Positions 48,120-57,656 of a stretch of DNA of 64,000 nucleotides are shown here, one piece after another. Origin of the DNA: a virus (lineage: Duplodnaviria; Caudoviricetes). A program made the position numbers and the translations under genes. Under the pieces are notes generated by a model. It saw nothing but the letters and a program-made list of their open reading frames with translations, was not told the DNA's origin and did no database searches. The DNA is taken from the IMG/VR virus record IMGVR_UViG_3300042275_000327, positions 1 to 64,000 of that record. One strand, written 5' to 3'. Position 1 is the stretch's first letter; each line of letters begins with the position of its first letter.

Positions 48120-48996
48120 AATCAAACCTCCGGATAATGGTCTTCTTAAGCTCTTCACTGTAGAACTCTACTTCTGGATCAATTCCAAATGTAAAGTGTT
48201 CTTTCACAATCTCTTGGTATTTCTTCAATAGAGAAAGACTCAGGTTTGGAAGAACTTCTAGTTTTTCTTCTACAGTCTCTAATTTCTTTCCATTATAAGA
48301 ATCAATCAGAAGAGCTTGGTTGATTGATAAGAAATCAGAAGATCTTCTCTTTTGATAGTCTTTGTACTTATCAAATTCTTCTACAGTCTGAGTTCCCTTA
48401 CTCACTTTCTTCTTGATTTCTGAGAGGTCATTCTCCTCTTGAGAATATTTCATTTCTACTAATTTATAAGCAATGATCTCATTCTTCACCTTAGGAAGAA
48501 CAAATTTCACTTCTGCTCCCTGATACTTTATAGTAATAGGAAGATTCACTTTCTCTTCTAAAGAAGTTGTCTTTATCTGACTGAAAGGAATAATTGCTTT
48601 CCCAATATTTTCTTTAGTTCTTAGATCTTTTCTATCTAAATCTGGATTCAGATAATATGGCATATCTTCTAATTTAGGAGAATACCATGTACCAAGAATA
48701 GTCATGAGAATTTCTAGTACATCATTCTTATGAAGATCACCTGCATCTATGTCCTCAAATATGACAGAGTTGAGAACCTGGACAATCACTTCTGTCTCAT
48801 TGTTTTCATCAATGTCAGCAATTGCTAGAGCTTCTTCAAAAGAATAGTCTCTAATATGCAAAATGCTAGGAATGCCAAGCTTTCCAACTGAAGACAACTT
48901 TATAGGAATGTATCCTGCTGGTACCAGTTTTGTCTGTGACTCTTTCACTTCTTCTTTCTTAAAAAATAAATCGTTTGCTTTTAAATCTTTTTCCAT
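48049..48996 (-). CDS. Tail/baseplate hub assembly chaperone (T4 gp26-like)
   Basis: IKLSSVG...HIRDYSFEE...FVLP...FGID; sits between tube and tape measure. Confidence 0.65.
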   Translation of the reverse strand: MEKDLKANDLFFKKEEVKESQTKLVPAGYIPIKLSSVGKLGIPSILHIRDYSFEEALAIADIDENNETEVIVQVLNSVIFEDIDAGDLHKNDVLEILMTILGTWYSPKLEDMPYYLNPDLDRKDLRTKENIGKAIIPFSQIKTTSLEEKVNLPITIKYQGAEVKFVLPKVKNEIIAYKLVEMKYSQEENDLSEIKKKVSKGTQTVEEFDKYKDYQKRRSSDFLSINQALLIDSYNGKKLETVEEKLEVLPNLSLSLLKKYQEIVKEHFTFGIDPEVEFYSEELKKTIIRRFDFRTFHFLSTLEQTDDSGFDISFG

Positions 48997-49010
48997 CTTA
49001 ATTTCTCCCT

Positions 49011-49796
49011 TTAGATGTTTCTCAAAATATTTCTATAATTCTCTCTACTCGTAGAGTATCTCAAATCAGCATCATAGAATCTATCTGCTGTAAAATTCAC
49101 ATTCCAAACAAGTTGTTCTCCATCATCATAAGTCAATGCTGTTTCTTCCAAACCAAGAATTCTCACATTTTCAAATACAAATGTCTTTGTAGTAACTTCT
49201 TCTATCATATCTCCAAAGTCAGGCATAATAGAATTTAGTCCATTTTGGACTTTAGAAGAAAGAATAGATCCACCTTGTGAAGCTAATCTACTCAGAGGAA
49301 AAGGAAGAGCAGCACTGGCTTCTTTCTTAGCTTTTTGTATAAGAGTTTGACTTGTGATTGCTTGTAGATTCTTTACTTTTTCTGTTATGTATTTCTCAGA
49401 AAACAATCGATAAGCTGAAGGATCCATTTTGTATGAATAAAATTGTATTGTTGCTTGCTTAGTCTTTGGCTCTGAACTAGAAATAAAATTTCCATTTACA
49501 GAATCAAAAACTTTATTCATCCAATTCTTGAAATATTCATATACTGAGAATTCTGTATTTTCTCTTATAGTTATTGAAAAAGTAGAGGGCATTGTATATC
49601 CAGTATAGAAATTCTCTCCAGTAGGATAAGACTCTGTTTCTAGCTGAGTGAAAAAAGGAAGATTTGTAGATATAACATTATATTTACTAATTGTGTAGAC
49701 AGATTCGTCCCAGTCTTCTAGGTAGAAATCCCAGAGATTGTTGAATTGAGGTGGTCTTGTATAAGAGTACTGTAATTGGTCTATATTTCCCATCAT
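49011..49796 (-). CDS. Tail tube-like protein (gp54-like)
   Basis: FSITIRE...YFKNWMNKV...L.YD..WNVNF. Confidence 0.6.
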   Translation of the reverse strand: MMGNIDQLQYSYTRPPQFNNLWDFYLEDWDESVYTISKYNVISTNLPFFTQLETESYPTGENFYTGYTMPSTFSITIRENTEFSVYEYFKNWMNKVFDSVNGNFISSSEPKTKQATIQFYSYKMDPSAYRLFSEKYITEKVKNLQAITSQTLIQKAKKEASAALPFPLSRLASQGGSILSSKVQNGLNSIMPDFGDMIEEVTTKTFVFENVRILGLEETALTYDDGEQLVWNVNFTADRFYDADLRYSTSRENYRNILRNI

Positions 49797-49820
49797 ATAA
49801 TAAAATAGTTGTTTATTTCG

Positions 49821-49854
49821 TAAAATCTCCAGCCCAATACTATCAGGCTGGAGA
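49821..49854 (-). terminator. Terminator after the tail tube gene
   Basis: TCTCCAGCC/GGCTGGAGA stem then TTTTA on the minus strand. Confidence 0.65.
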
Positions 49855-49917
49855 AAAGGGAGGTAGGGAGAAAACCTTCTGCTGATTTTGAAGTCAGCAT
49901 AAATTTTTTAATTAGTT

Positions 49918-50451
49918 CTAAGCTTCTGATCCAGGAATACACTTCACAAAAGAAAGTGTAACTGAGACATTCAATACTTCTCCAGTACTTGTCTGATCAA
50001 AAGATACACTACCTAGATTCTTGATCCAAGCATTTGTAAACTTCCAGCCTTTATAAGTGACAGTACCATTAGAATCCATAGGAAATACTGAGAAGTTTGT
50101 TCTCAAAGAAGACGAGGCAGTAAGAGGACTTACATCTTCTGCTACTGCTCCAGTATCATCATTTCCTATCAACTGTTTCCAGGTCATTAGCTCATCATAG
50201 ATAGTCCAATATTTATCTACTCTGAATGTGAATGTGAATTCTTTTGGAGTAGTAATATTTCCTTTTGGTTTTTCAAATTCCTGAGTCTTGTAATGAACAA
50301 CATAAGAGTCTTGAGAAAACTCAGGAATATCAAAATTAGAAATTCTAAATTGGAGTGCTTCTGCATTTGCCATGAAAGAAAGAGGTTCAAATACAATCAT
50401 TCCTTCATTATCTACTGCATCATCACCCATCTTAAAGGCAATATCAAGCAT
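49918..50451 (-). CDS. Tail tube protein (gp19-like)
   Basis: FDIP...FTFTFRVD..W.F.NAW..LG.V.FD...VTLSF; follows the sheath. Confidence 0.8.
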   Translation of the reverse strand: MLDIAFKMGDDAVDNEGMIVFEPLSFMANAEALQFRISNFDIPEFSQDSYVVHYKTQEFEKPKGNITTPKEFTFTFRVDKYWTIYDELMTWKQLIGNDDTGAVAEDVSPLTASSSLRTNFSVFPMDSNGTVTYKGWKFTNAWIKNLGSVSFDQTSTGEVLNVSVTLSFVKCIPGSEA

Positions 50452-50675
50452 TATTTCTTCCCCTTTTTCTTCTCTTCCATATCATCCTCAGAGTCATCGT
50501 CGTCTTCTTTCTCTTCAGGATCTTCTTTGTCTTCTTCGTCATCAGATTCTTTCTTCTTAGCTTCGAAAACCTCGATCTTATCACCTTTTTCAAGAATGAT
50601 ATTAGTCCCAGGAATCCTCACTTCTTCTTCAATGACCAAGATAGTTCCTTCTTCTTTCTTTTCTTCTATACGCAT
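50451..50675 (-). CDS. Small acidic virion-associated protein
   Basis: EEVRIPGTNIILEKGDKI plus an acidic tail; AAGGAG RBS. Confidence 0.6.
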   Translation of the reverse strand: MRIEEKKEEGTILVIEEEVRIPGTNIILEKGDKIEVFEAKKKESDDEEDKEDPEEKEDDDDSEDDMEEKKKGKK

Positions 50676-50688
50676 TTTCTATTTCTCC

Positions 50689-52542
50689 TTATTCAAACAT
50701 TTCTTCTACAGATGAAGTTTGTGGTGTATTGATAAAAGTAAACACAAGAGTTCTAGATTTCGGAGTAACTTTTACACTCACATCCAACCTGAATTCCTCT
50801 CTTGCTCTTACTTCATCATTGTTGTTTTCGCTATCACATTTTACATAATATGAATCTATCACATTCAGAGGAGCAACTGTCATAGGCTGAAGAATAGACT
50901 CAGTCTTAGTTCTGACAATGTTTCTATGGATTGTATCATTCAGTTTTACAATCTGATACGGAAGAACTTGAGAAGTAATATTTTTCAGAATGTAATCAGC
51001 AATCATAGAATAATCACTGAATGAGTAATCACTAAGTTCAGCAAGAGAGGTTCTTCTTGAAACAATCATAGCTCCATAAGATGGATCATATACAATAGGA
51101 TTGATCCTAGCTTCGTCCATAAGTTGAAGATTTGCTTCAGAAGGATCATAGATCGATCTTATATATCTTCCACTTGTCAGCTGTCCACCAACTCCATTCT
51201 CATTGATCCAAGCTACAGACAAACCACCAAAGGCATTTACCCAAGAGTCTGCATAGTTTTTAGCAATCTCTCCCATAGGAGTCCAGACAACATTTCCTTT
51301 CTTACTATAGAGATTGTTCATCTCAAACCATCCCCAGAAATAACTGAATCCTCTATCCTGAACTCCAAGAGAAGTCTCAATAGTTGTTGATTCATCAGCA
51401 TTTGCCATTGGGAGTAAGAATCTAGAATATTTCTGATAAGTATCTCTTAATTCTTTCATCAAAGTAGGAACATCTGAATCTAGAGTAGCATCAAAGAATA
51501 CATCTGCATAATAGGTTCTGAAAGATTTAAAATAGTTGTATCCAGTTGTCACATCAAGATCAGAGATATCTCTACTTCCACCTGAAAGAGTTACATAAGA
51601 AGTTCCTTCCTCAAATGTAGTGAAATCAGCTCCACCTTCTACATGAGCAATGAAGAAATCATGATTTTTAAAAACTGTTGAAGTATCAATTATCTGTCCA
51701 AATCCATTAGTTGCTCCAGGAACAATACTAAATTCAATAGGAGAATTATTATTTGCATTATAAGTTCCATATGAATTCTTATTCTGGAAATACAGCTTGA
51801 AAGCTCCTGCTCCTTCAGATTCTACCATTGCCTTGATGTAAGCACTTCCAGCACCAACTGTAGTGAGCATACAATAATAGTCAGATAGATCTAGAGTGAA
51901 TTGAACAGTAATATCATCTGTAGTTTCTACTGCAAATTCAGTATCAAAAGTGATCTGAACAACACCAGTAGCACTATCATAAATATTTGTTTCGATAGCA
52001 TCAAGAGGAGTTCCAGTGAAAGTATCTTCTGTATTAGTGATTCCTTCTATAGCAACACCATTCTGAAGAATCTGCATTGACTCAACCACATACTCATCAG
52101 CCCAAGAATCAGTCTGACCAGAATAAGCTTTGGTGCCTTCAACAGAAGTAAGCTTCTTGTAAAAAGTAACAGAGCTCAAATCTGTTACAGGATTAATTCC
52201 TTTGAATCCATCAGTCACTGCTCTATAGCCTGGAGTTGCAGGATCACCAGAAGATCCAGGACCTATCAGTAAAGCTGAATGATATCCATCAAGGGATGGA
52301 GAAGATATCCAAATAGGATATGATTTGTTATATTCAATTGCTTCCAATAGATCAGGATTGTTTTTTGTAGGCTCTCCTAATAGACTTAGAATCCTCTGAG
52401 TTTCTCCCTTAGCAAAGAGAACAGGCTTCTCTAAGCTTCTTTCAGCTCTGACAACAGTAGCTCCTGTTCCAGTGCCTGCAGATGGAAGAGACTTCTGGCT
52501 TCTATTATCTAGAATTGTTGATATTCGCCATGAATTTGACAT
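50689..52542 (-). CDS. Tail sheath protein
   Basis: RINPIV...RRT...YYVKCDSENN..VRA..F.LDV.V..TP; typical sheath C-terminus. Confidence 0.9.
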   Translation of the reverse strand: MSNSWRISTILDNRSQKSLPSAGTGTGATVVRAERSLEKPVLFAKGETQRILSLLGEPTKNNPDLLEAIEYNKSYPIWISSPSLDGYHSALLIGPGSSGDPATPGYRAVTDGFKGINPVTDLSSVTFYKKLTSVEGTKAYSGQTDSWADEYVVESMQILQNGVAIEGITNTEDTFTGTPLDAIETNIYDSATGVVQITFDTEFAVETTDDITVQFTLDLSDYYCMLTTVGAGSAYIKAMVESEGAGAFKLYFQNKNSYGTYNANNNSPIEFSIVPGATNGFGQIIDTSTVFKNHDFFIAHVEGGADFTTFEEGTSYVTLSGGSRDISDLDVTTGYNYFKSFRTYYADVFFDATLDSDVPTLMKELRDTYQKYSRFLLPMANADESTTIETSLGVQDRGFSYFWGWFEMNNLYSKKGNVVWTPMGEIAKNYADSWVNAFGGLSVAWINENGVGGQLTSGRYIRSIYDPSEANLQLMDEARINPIVYDPSYGAMIVSRRTSLAELSDYSFSDYSMIADYILKNITSQVLPYQIVKLNDTIHRNIVRTKTESILQPMTVAPLNVIDSYYVKCDSENNNDEVRAREEFRLDVSVKVTPKSRTLVFTFINTPQTSSVEEMFE

Positions 52543-52600
52543 ACTATTTTAGTCTCCTTCGAAATTTAATTCGGTCTTTATAATTAAATAGTTATACGAA

Positions 52601-53380
52601 TCAAGAAAAAGTTGTTTCTTCATTTATATGATCTATCACACCAGAAAGAAGTGTATCATAGTCATCCCAGTCATGAATCTCTAAATCTTTTGACATAGCA
52701 AAAGAAGCAAGAATAGTTTTTGGAATCCAGAATTTCTCATCATCTGTTTTAATCAAATATGTATCTAAAGAAAAATTCAATCCTATCGTTCTGATCTTAT
52801 TCTGCTGTAACCAATCATCTTCACTGTATGTAGGACTATAATCTATAGAATTAAATGTAACATTTCCATAGTTTTCATAAATATTATCTCCAATCTGGAA
52901 CTTTGGTTTAATAAGAGTTTCCATCGCAGCTTGCCATTGTAATTCAGAAAAAGCAAATTGTATATCCATCTCTTCAGTGGAAAAATATGTTCCTTCATAG
53001 GAGATCCTTAAAGGAGACAATTTTATCTTCTTTTTAGATACCCAATCCATAATCCCTAGTCTTTCTAATTGATTGTTGTTGAGAGTCCTTTCAGTTGAAG
53101 AATCTTTTCCACTTGATGAGACAGCATAATTCATGAATGGCATATTGAGTGTATTAATTTGAAAACTAGAAACATCTGGATTTTTACTAGACTGCAACTT
53201 CAATCTTCTTCTAAAAGCATGTTCATTTGATGAATATATGATTCTATTTGGATCATTTGGAAACAGAAAAGATTGCAGATATTGATTTATTGCAATAGTA
53301 GAAGACAGATATACATTATAGAAATTAGATGTGTCATAATAAGATCGATTAAAGACAATCCTTTCTTTCTCTATGTTCAA
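52601..53380 (-). CDS. Putative tail terminator/neck protein
   Basis: Position upstream of the sheath; MPFMNY motif. Confidence 0.45.
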   Translation of the reverse strand: MNIEKERIVFNRSYYDTSNFYNVYLSSTIAINQYLQSFLFPNDPNRIIYSSNEHAFRRRLKLQSSKNPDVSSFQINTLNMPFMNYAVSSSGKDSSTERTLNNNQLERLGIMDWVSKKKIKLSPLRISYEGTYFSTEEMDIQFAFSELQWQAAMETLIKPKFQIGDNIYENYGNVTFNSIDYSPTYSEDDWLQQNKIRTIGLNFSLDTYLIKTDDEKFWIPKTILASFAMSKDLEIHDWDDYDTLLSGVIDHINEETTFS

Positions 53381-53865
53381 AATATTACTCCAATTCTTAA
53401 TCCAATTGCAAGAGGATTTCCTGATAAAATAGTAGAAACTTGTATTTTTTCTAAAAGAACAATCCCAACATCTACTGAGAAAGTATAATTTGTTAGACCT
53501 GAGATCCCAACAGAAGGAGAAACAAATTTTGGTTTTGACTTCTTAGAAAGTAAATCAGATAAATCATCTCTATCTTTTATAGCATCTTTATAGAGATCAT
53601 CTAGATCAGACTTTTCTTGTTTTACTTTTGTATAATTAGATTTAAGATCATCAACAACATTCAATAGATCCTCATGATCAAATCTTTCTTCTAAGTAGAG
53701 CTTTGACATCTCAAGGAAAGCTTCTAATTCTGTATATCCTTCTGGAATTTCTACAATCCGAGGTCCTCTAGATGTTTCTATCTCATAACTAGAAGCAAAT
53801 AGATTGCTAACAGTAAGAAGAAAAATGAAACTAAAGACCAGGAAAAAATTTCTTAGCTTTTTCAT
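53377..53865 (-). CDS. Secreted/outer-membrane coiled-coil protein (spanin-like)
   Basis: Signal peptide, coiled coil, C-terminal amphipathic beta-strands ending in F. Confidence 0.4.
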   Translation of the reverse strand: MKKLRNFFLVFSFIFLLTVSNLFASSYEIETSRGPRIVEIPEGYTELEAFLEMSKLYLEERFDHEDLLNVVDDLKSNYTKVKQEKSDLDDLYKDAIKDRDDLSDLLSKKSKPKFVSPSVGISGLTNYTFSVDVGIVLLEKIQVSTILSGNPLAIGLRIGVIF

Positions 53866-54109
53866 CTCTATCCTCTTTTTTATCTAGATTATCATTTTTT
53901 ACTTCATCAATATCATCTATAATGTCATCTAATTCTTGTTCATCATTTTTTAAATCTTTTTCTTTGTCTTTAATATTCTTATCAGTTTTCTTTATCTCTT
54001 CTTTCTTCTTTTTCACAAGATCACTTAGATCAGAAGTGTCTCTCCTAAAAAGAACTGACAATAAGAACAACCCAATTGGAATCAGTATGTACCATATAAA
54101 TTTTTTCAT
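53831..54109 (-). CDS. Membrane-anchored coiled-coil protein (i-spanin-like)
   Basis: N-terminal TM plus charged coiled coil; overlaps the next gene. Confidence 0.4.
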   Translation of the reverse strand: MKKFIWYILIPIGLFLLSVLFRRDTSDLSDLVKKKKEEIKKTDKNIKDKEKDLKNDEQELDDIIDDIDEVKNDNLDKKEDRDEKAKKFFPGL

Positions 54110-54513
54110 TCCTCTTTTCCTCTTTCTTTGATATCTGTGATATCTTGTTTAAGATTGTCCATCTGTTGTTTTAGATCTTCTTTCTCTTCTGAAGAAGCAT
54201 CTAGCATTCTTCTTTTTAGATCTATCATATCATACTCTAAGTCTAAAATTGTTCTTTGATCATCTGTAGAGAGAGCTTCCATATACCTTTTAATCTGAAC
54301 ATTACAAGAATCCACATTATCAAATAAATATCCATAATAATCATCTACTATATTATAGAATACTTTTGCATTTGAAAATCTAATTGAAGTAATTCTTCCA
54401 GTAAAAAGTTCCTTTTCTATTTCATATTTCTCACAGTGAGAGCTCATAGGATAGAACTCTACTATATCATTAATATCATAAAGTGAAAAGTATTCTTTCT
54501 CAAATATTCTCAT
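54106..54513 (-). CDS. Hypothetical protein
   Basis: ORF with ATGA overlaps. Confidence 0.6.
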   Translation of the reverse strand: MRIFEKEYFSLYDINDIVEFYPMSSHCEKYEIEKELFTGRITSIRFSNAKVFYNIVDDYYGYLFDNVDSCNVQIKRYMEALSTDDQRTILDLEYDMIDLKRRMLDASSEEKEDLKQQMDNLKQDITDIKERGKEE

Positions 54514-55478
54514 AATAAATCCTTGTCTTTCATTCTCTTTTGAACCATACTTGCCATGTTGTTATAGAAAAATTTTATTTGCATTATGATTCCATAGAGA
54601 TGTTTATCTAAAAAATATGGATCAGAACCATGAAGATCTGAAGAATTCCAAAACTTTGGAGCTATATCAGTTGGAAATAAACTAGCATCTATCTGAGATA
54701 AGAAAAAATTCATACCTTGCCAATGTAGGGAAGGAGAAGTACTGAATACTTGAACATTAGCAACTTCAAGAACATCTTTGATTTCTCTCCAAGTAATCTT
54801 TTTTGTTTCTAAATAGTTAGGTCTAGTCTCTTTCAGCCATTCCATAAAATCAAGAATCTTAATGTAGACTATGTATTTCTTATCTAAATTCTTTTCTATC
54901 TCAAAATTGTTCTCTGGATTCACTTGTCCAAACTCATAGTCATCTGGATAAATTGGAGTTGTGGCTGTAGTCTCAAAGATAAATAGAACAGATCCATCAT
55001 TATTTAATTCACAATCTTTTATCTTTGCTGTGTAGTTCTCCGCTTTAACTGCAGAGTTTCTTTGTTTACGAGTTCTTTTAGTAAAGTTTGATATAGCATC
55101 TTTTGTCATAAGACCAGATAGAGTTATCCACTCTTTCAGAACTTTAGATTCTCTTACTTGTTGATTCTTAGAATTCCCATAAATGCCAGAGATATCTATA
55201 GAGATAATGAACAGATCTTGAGTCTGTCCATTGTATTCTTCTAGTGGAATCAAAGGAGAAAATAGAAGTTCTTCTGTATGTGGAAATAGTCTTACAGAAA
55301 ATAGATTGAAGTTTTTCAGAACTCTTTGAGTAGTAAGAGGAATATTAGATCTTCTGGAATCATAAAATACAGCAATTGTTCTCTGAGAAAGTCCAAGTAC
55401 TCTTATAAAAGAGACATACTTCAAATGAGACAATCCAAGATTTTGTTTTAATTTGACTCCAGAAGTTTCTTTTTTCAT
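54510..55478 (-). CDS. Hypothetical protein
   Basis: 322-aa ORF; PSLHWQG...DKHL motif. Confidence 0.65.
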   Translation of the reverse strand: MKKETSGVKLKQNLGLSHLKYVSFIRVLGLSQRTIAVFYDSRRSNIPLTTQRVLKNFNLFSVRLFPHTEELLFSPLIPLEEYNGQTQDLFIISIDISGIYGNSKNQQVRESKVLKEWITLSGLMTKDAISNFTKRTRKQRNSAVKAENYTAKIKDCELNNDGSVLFIFETTATTPIYPDDYEFGQVNPENNFEIEKNLDKKYIVYIKILDFMEWLKETRPNYLETKKITWREIKDVLEVANVQVFSTSPSLHWQGMNFFLSQIDASLFPTDIAPKFWNSSDLHGSDPYFLDKHLYGIIMQIKFFYNNMASMVQKRMKDKDLL

Positions 55479-55487
55479 TTAGCTATC

Positions 55488-57650
55488 CTATAGTACTTCT
55501 ACTGGTGTTTGACTCACTAATACACCATTGGTTATTGTTGATGTTAGTGTATAGAATTTTCCATTAGAAGTATCAGCTATTACTTGGTCATTGTTCAGCA
55601 CATTCACTTCCATCTCCGGTGCCAGTGGTTCGCTTCTTGACAGCTCCACGTAGAACACCTCATTTTCAACTGCACCAGTAACCGTCAACGTAGTTCCTAC
55701 AAGCGTATAGCCTGTGCTCGGTACTTCGTAGGGTTCAAGGTTCTCGTCATAGCCAGTGAGCTTGTCAATCGTGCCTGTGTATGGAAGAATGATTTGAGAG
55801 CTTGCGTTGGTCTGGTGCGAGCCTTCGTAGTAGGGTTCGTAGTAGACCGTGCCATTAGGCTTGGCTTGGAGGATGCCAGAGGTGGTGAGGGGGGTGATGA
55901 TGGGGGTGGCGAGTTGGTAGTAAATTACTGTTCCGGCAAGGGAGGCTCGGGCTTCTGCAATGGTGGCGTAGGTGCCTTTGGCTACAGGAAAATAGAGTCG
56001 TTGTTGGGCAGAAGCCCCTCTTTTCCCAATTCCTCCTCTATGTTCAATCTTATCAAGACCCGTCACATCCTCATAACCTAGTACTTCTGGCCCATATGGA
56101 CTAAAAATTACTCCTTGTACAGTAATTTCCCATAACAATTGGTCTATATCAAACACTCTCGTATACCACCAATTATTGTTTACACCAGTCGTATTATTTA
56201 CCCCTGCTATATCACTCTCCTGCAACACATACCTCTGCACATTCTGCACCTTCACCAACTGCCCATTCACAACTTTGACTTCATCAGATATTGCCGGAAC
56301 ACTCCGCAATTCCTCATTGTCTGAGAGGTAGAGAGTGGAGTCGGTGTAGGGTTCGTAGGGAGTGGCGGTGGAGCCGAGTTCGAGTTGGATGTTTGTGTAG
56401 TCGATGGTTACGGAGTTATCTACATCCCAAGATGTGTGCAAAATCACCCATATGACTCCAGAGTCAGGGGCTGTAAAAGTTACTGATTTTGAGCCTGTGC
56501 CGGAGTTTGAGCCAAGTTGTGCAAATGCACCAACAACTTCAGAAGATGTAAGCAGACCGTCAGCAACAGCCGTGAATGCAGGGGTGGATGATGTACCAGA
56601 AATCAGTGTTGCCATCCTTGTAAGTGTGTACAATGCGCCTGCTACAACGGAAACCTTGAAGCCGACTCTGGCGTAAGTTCCACTTGCGTTTGTTATTCTC
56701 ATGCCATCAGAAATTATAGTTTTTGTGCATGACCCCCTGTTTGCAAGAATCGGTAAGGTAGTATCAAACAAGTTCCTCCCCACACTCCTCAACCTCGCCG
56801 GCAACTGAATCGACTTCGTGCCATCGAAGTAATTAGAGAATAGTTTTGCACAGTCGGCTTCGGAGGGTTCGTTGCCGGAGCCGTAGATGGATGTGAGGTT
56901 TATGATATTGTAACCATCAACATAATACTCTAACGTATCTGCTATAACAGAAAAGCAGACAGTTAAAGCATCATTATTTGGAGCAGTGTAAACAATCTTA
57001 AATTCTAACCATGTATTAGTATCGCAAGTTGACAAATCTATCCTGTTTGTGGCAATTGCTGTTGTACCAGAATATAACCCGAAGTAATGAGTCTCAGCAG
57101 TGTTTGCGGTTATTCTCATCCATGCGCTAATATAATATGTATGACCAGAGATAACACTTCCAACTCCAAAACCACCACGAGTTGCTCCACTTGGATGTTT
57201 AGACAATTTCATGGAATAATCGCCATATAAGGAATACTCACTAGACCGTGTTAAAGTAGGTGTGTACCAACCAAGATTACTAAAGTAAGGATTGCCACTA
57301 GTGTAATCTTGCGCAAAATCCCCATTCTCCACCAAGTTCGTCGCCGTCCTCCCCTCAATCGTAGGATTCGCCCTGCCTGTCGCTCGTGCGTCTAGGGGAA
57401 CGATTCCAACATCCGAGAAGTCCAAGGTAGCACCGTTGCCCTGCTGTAACGTCTGCTTGACAGATGCAAGGTCTTGCCCTTGTTGAACTATCGCTGTTTC
57501 TGTCTTATCTATTCTAGTTTCAACAGGAGCTAAAAAGTCTTCTCTTGTCTGATAGACATATCCACCATCTTGCTCAATAGAGACAATATCAGTATTCTGA
57601 GCTTCTGTGATTTCTGGTTGATCTGAATATAAAATTGTGTTTACTGCCAT
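55488..57650 (-). CDS. Fibre/receptor-binding protein with carbohydrate-binding-like domains
   Basis: IEGRTATNLVENGDF, SVGRNLFD, IQLELGSTATPYEPY, YYQLATP motifs; GC-rich body. Confidence 0.75.
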   Translation of the reverse strand: MAVNTILYSDQPEITEAQNTDIVSIEQDGGYVYQTREDFLAPVETRIDKTETAIVQQGQDLASVKQTLQQGNGATLDFSDVGIVPLDARATGRANPTIEGRTATNLVENGDFAQDYTSGNPYFSNLGWYTPTLTRSSEYSLYGDYSMKLSKHPSGATRGGFGVGSVISGHTYYISAWMRITANTAETHYFGLYSGTTAIATNRIDLSTCDTNTWLEFKIVYTAPNNDALTVCFSVIADTLEYYVDGYNIINLTSIYGSGNEPSEADCAKLFSNYFDGTKSIQLPARLRSVGRNLFDTTLPILANRGSCTKTIISDGMRITNASGTYARVGFKVSVVAGALYTLTRMATLISGTSSTPAFTAVADGLLTSSEVVGAFAQLGSNSGTGSKSVTFTAPDSGVIWVILHTSWDVDNSVTIDYTNIQLELGSTATPYEPYTDSTLYLSDNEELRSVPAISDEVKVVNGQLVKVQNVQRYVLQESDIAGVNNTTGVNNNWWYTRVFDIDQLLWEITVQGVIFSPYGPEVLGYEDVTGLDKIEHRGGIGKRGASAQQRLYFPVAKGTYATIAEARASLAGTVIYYQLATPIITPLTTSGILQAKPNGTVYYEPYYEGSHQTNASSQIILPYTGTIDKLTGYDENLEPYEVPSTGYTLVGTTLTVTGAVENEVFYVELSRSEPLAPEMEVNVLNNDQVIADTSNGKFYTLTSTITNGVLVSQTPVEVL

Positions 57651-57656
57651 GTTAGG

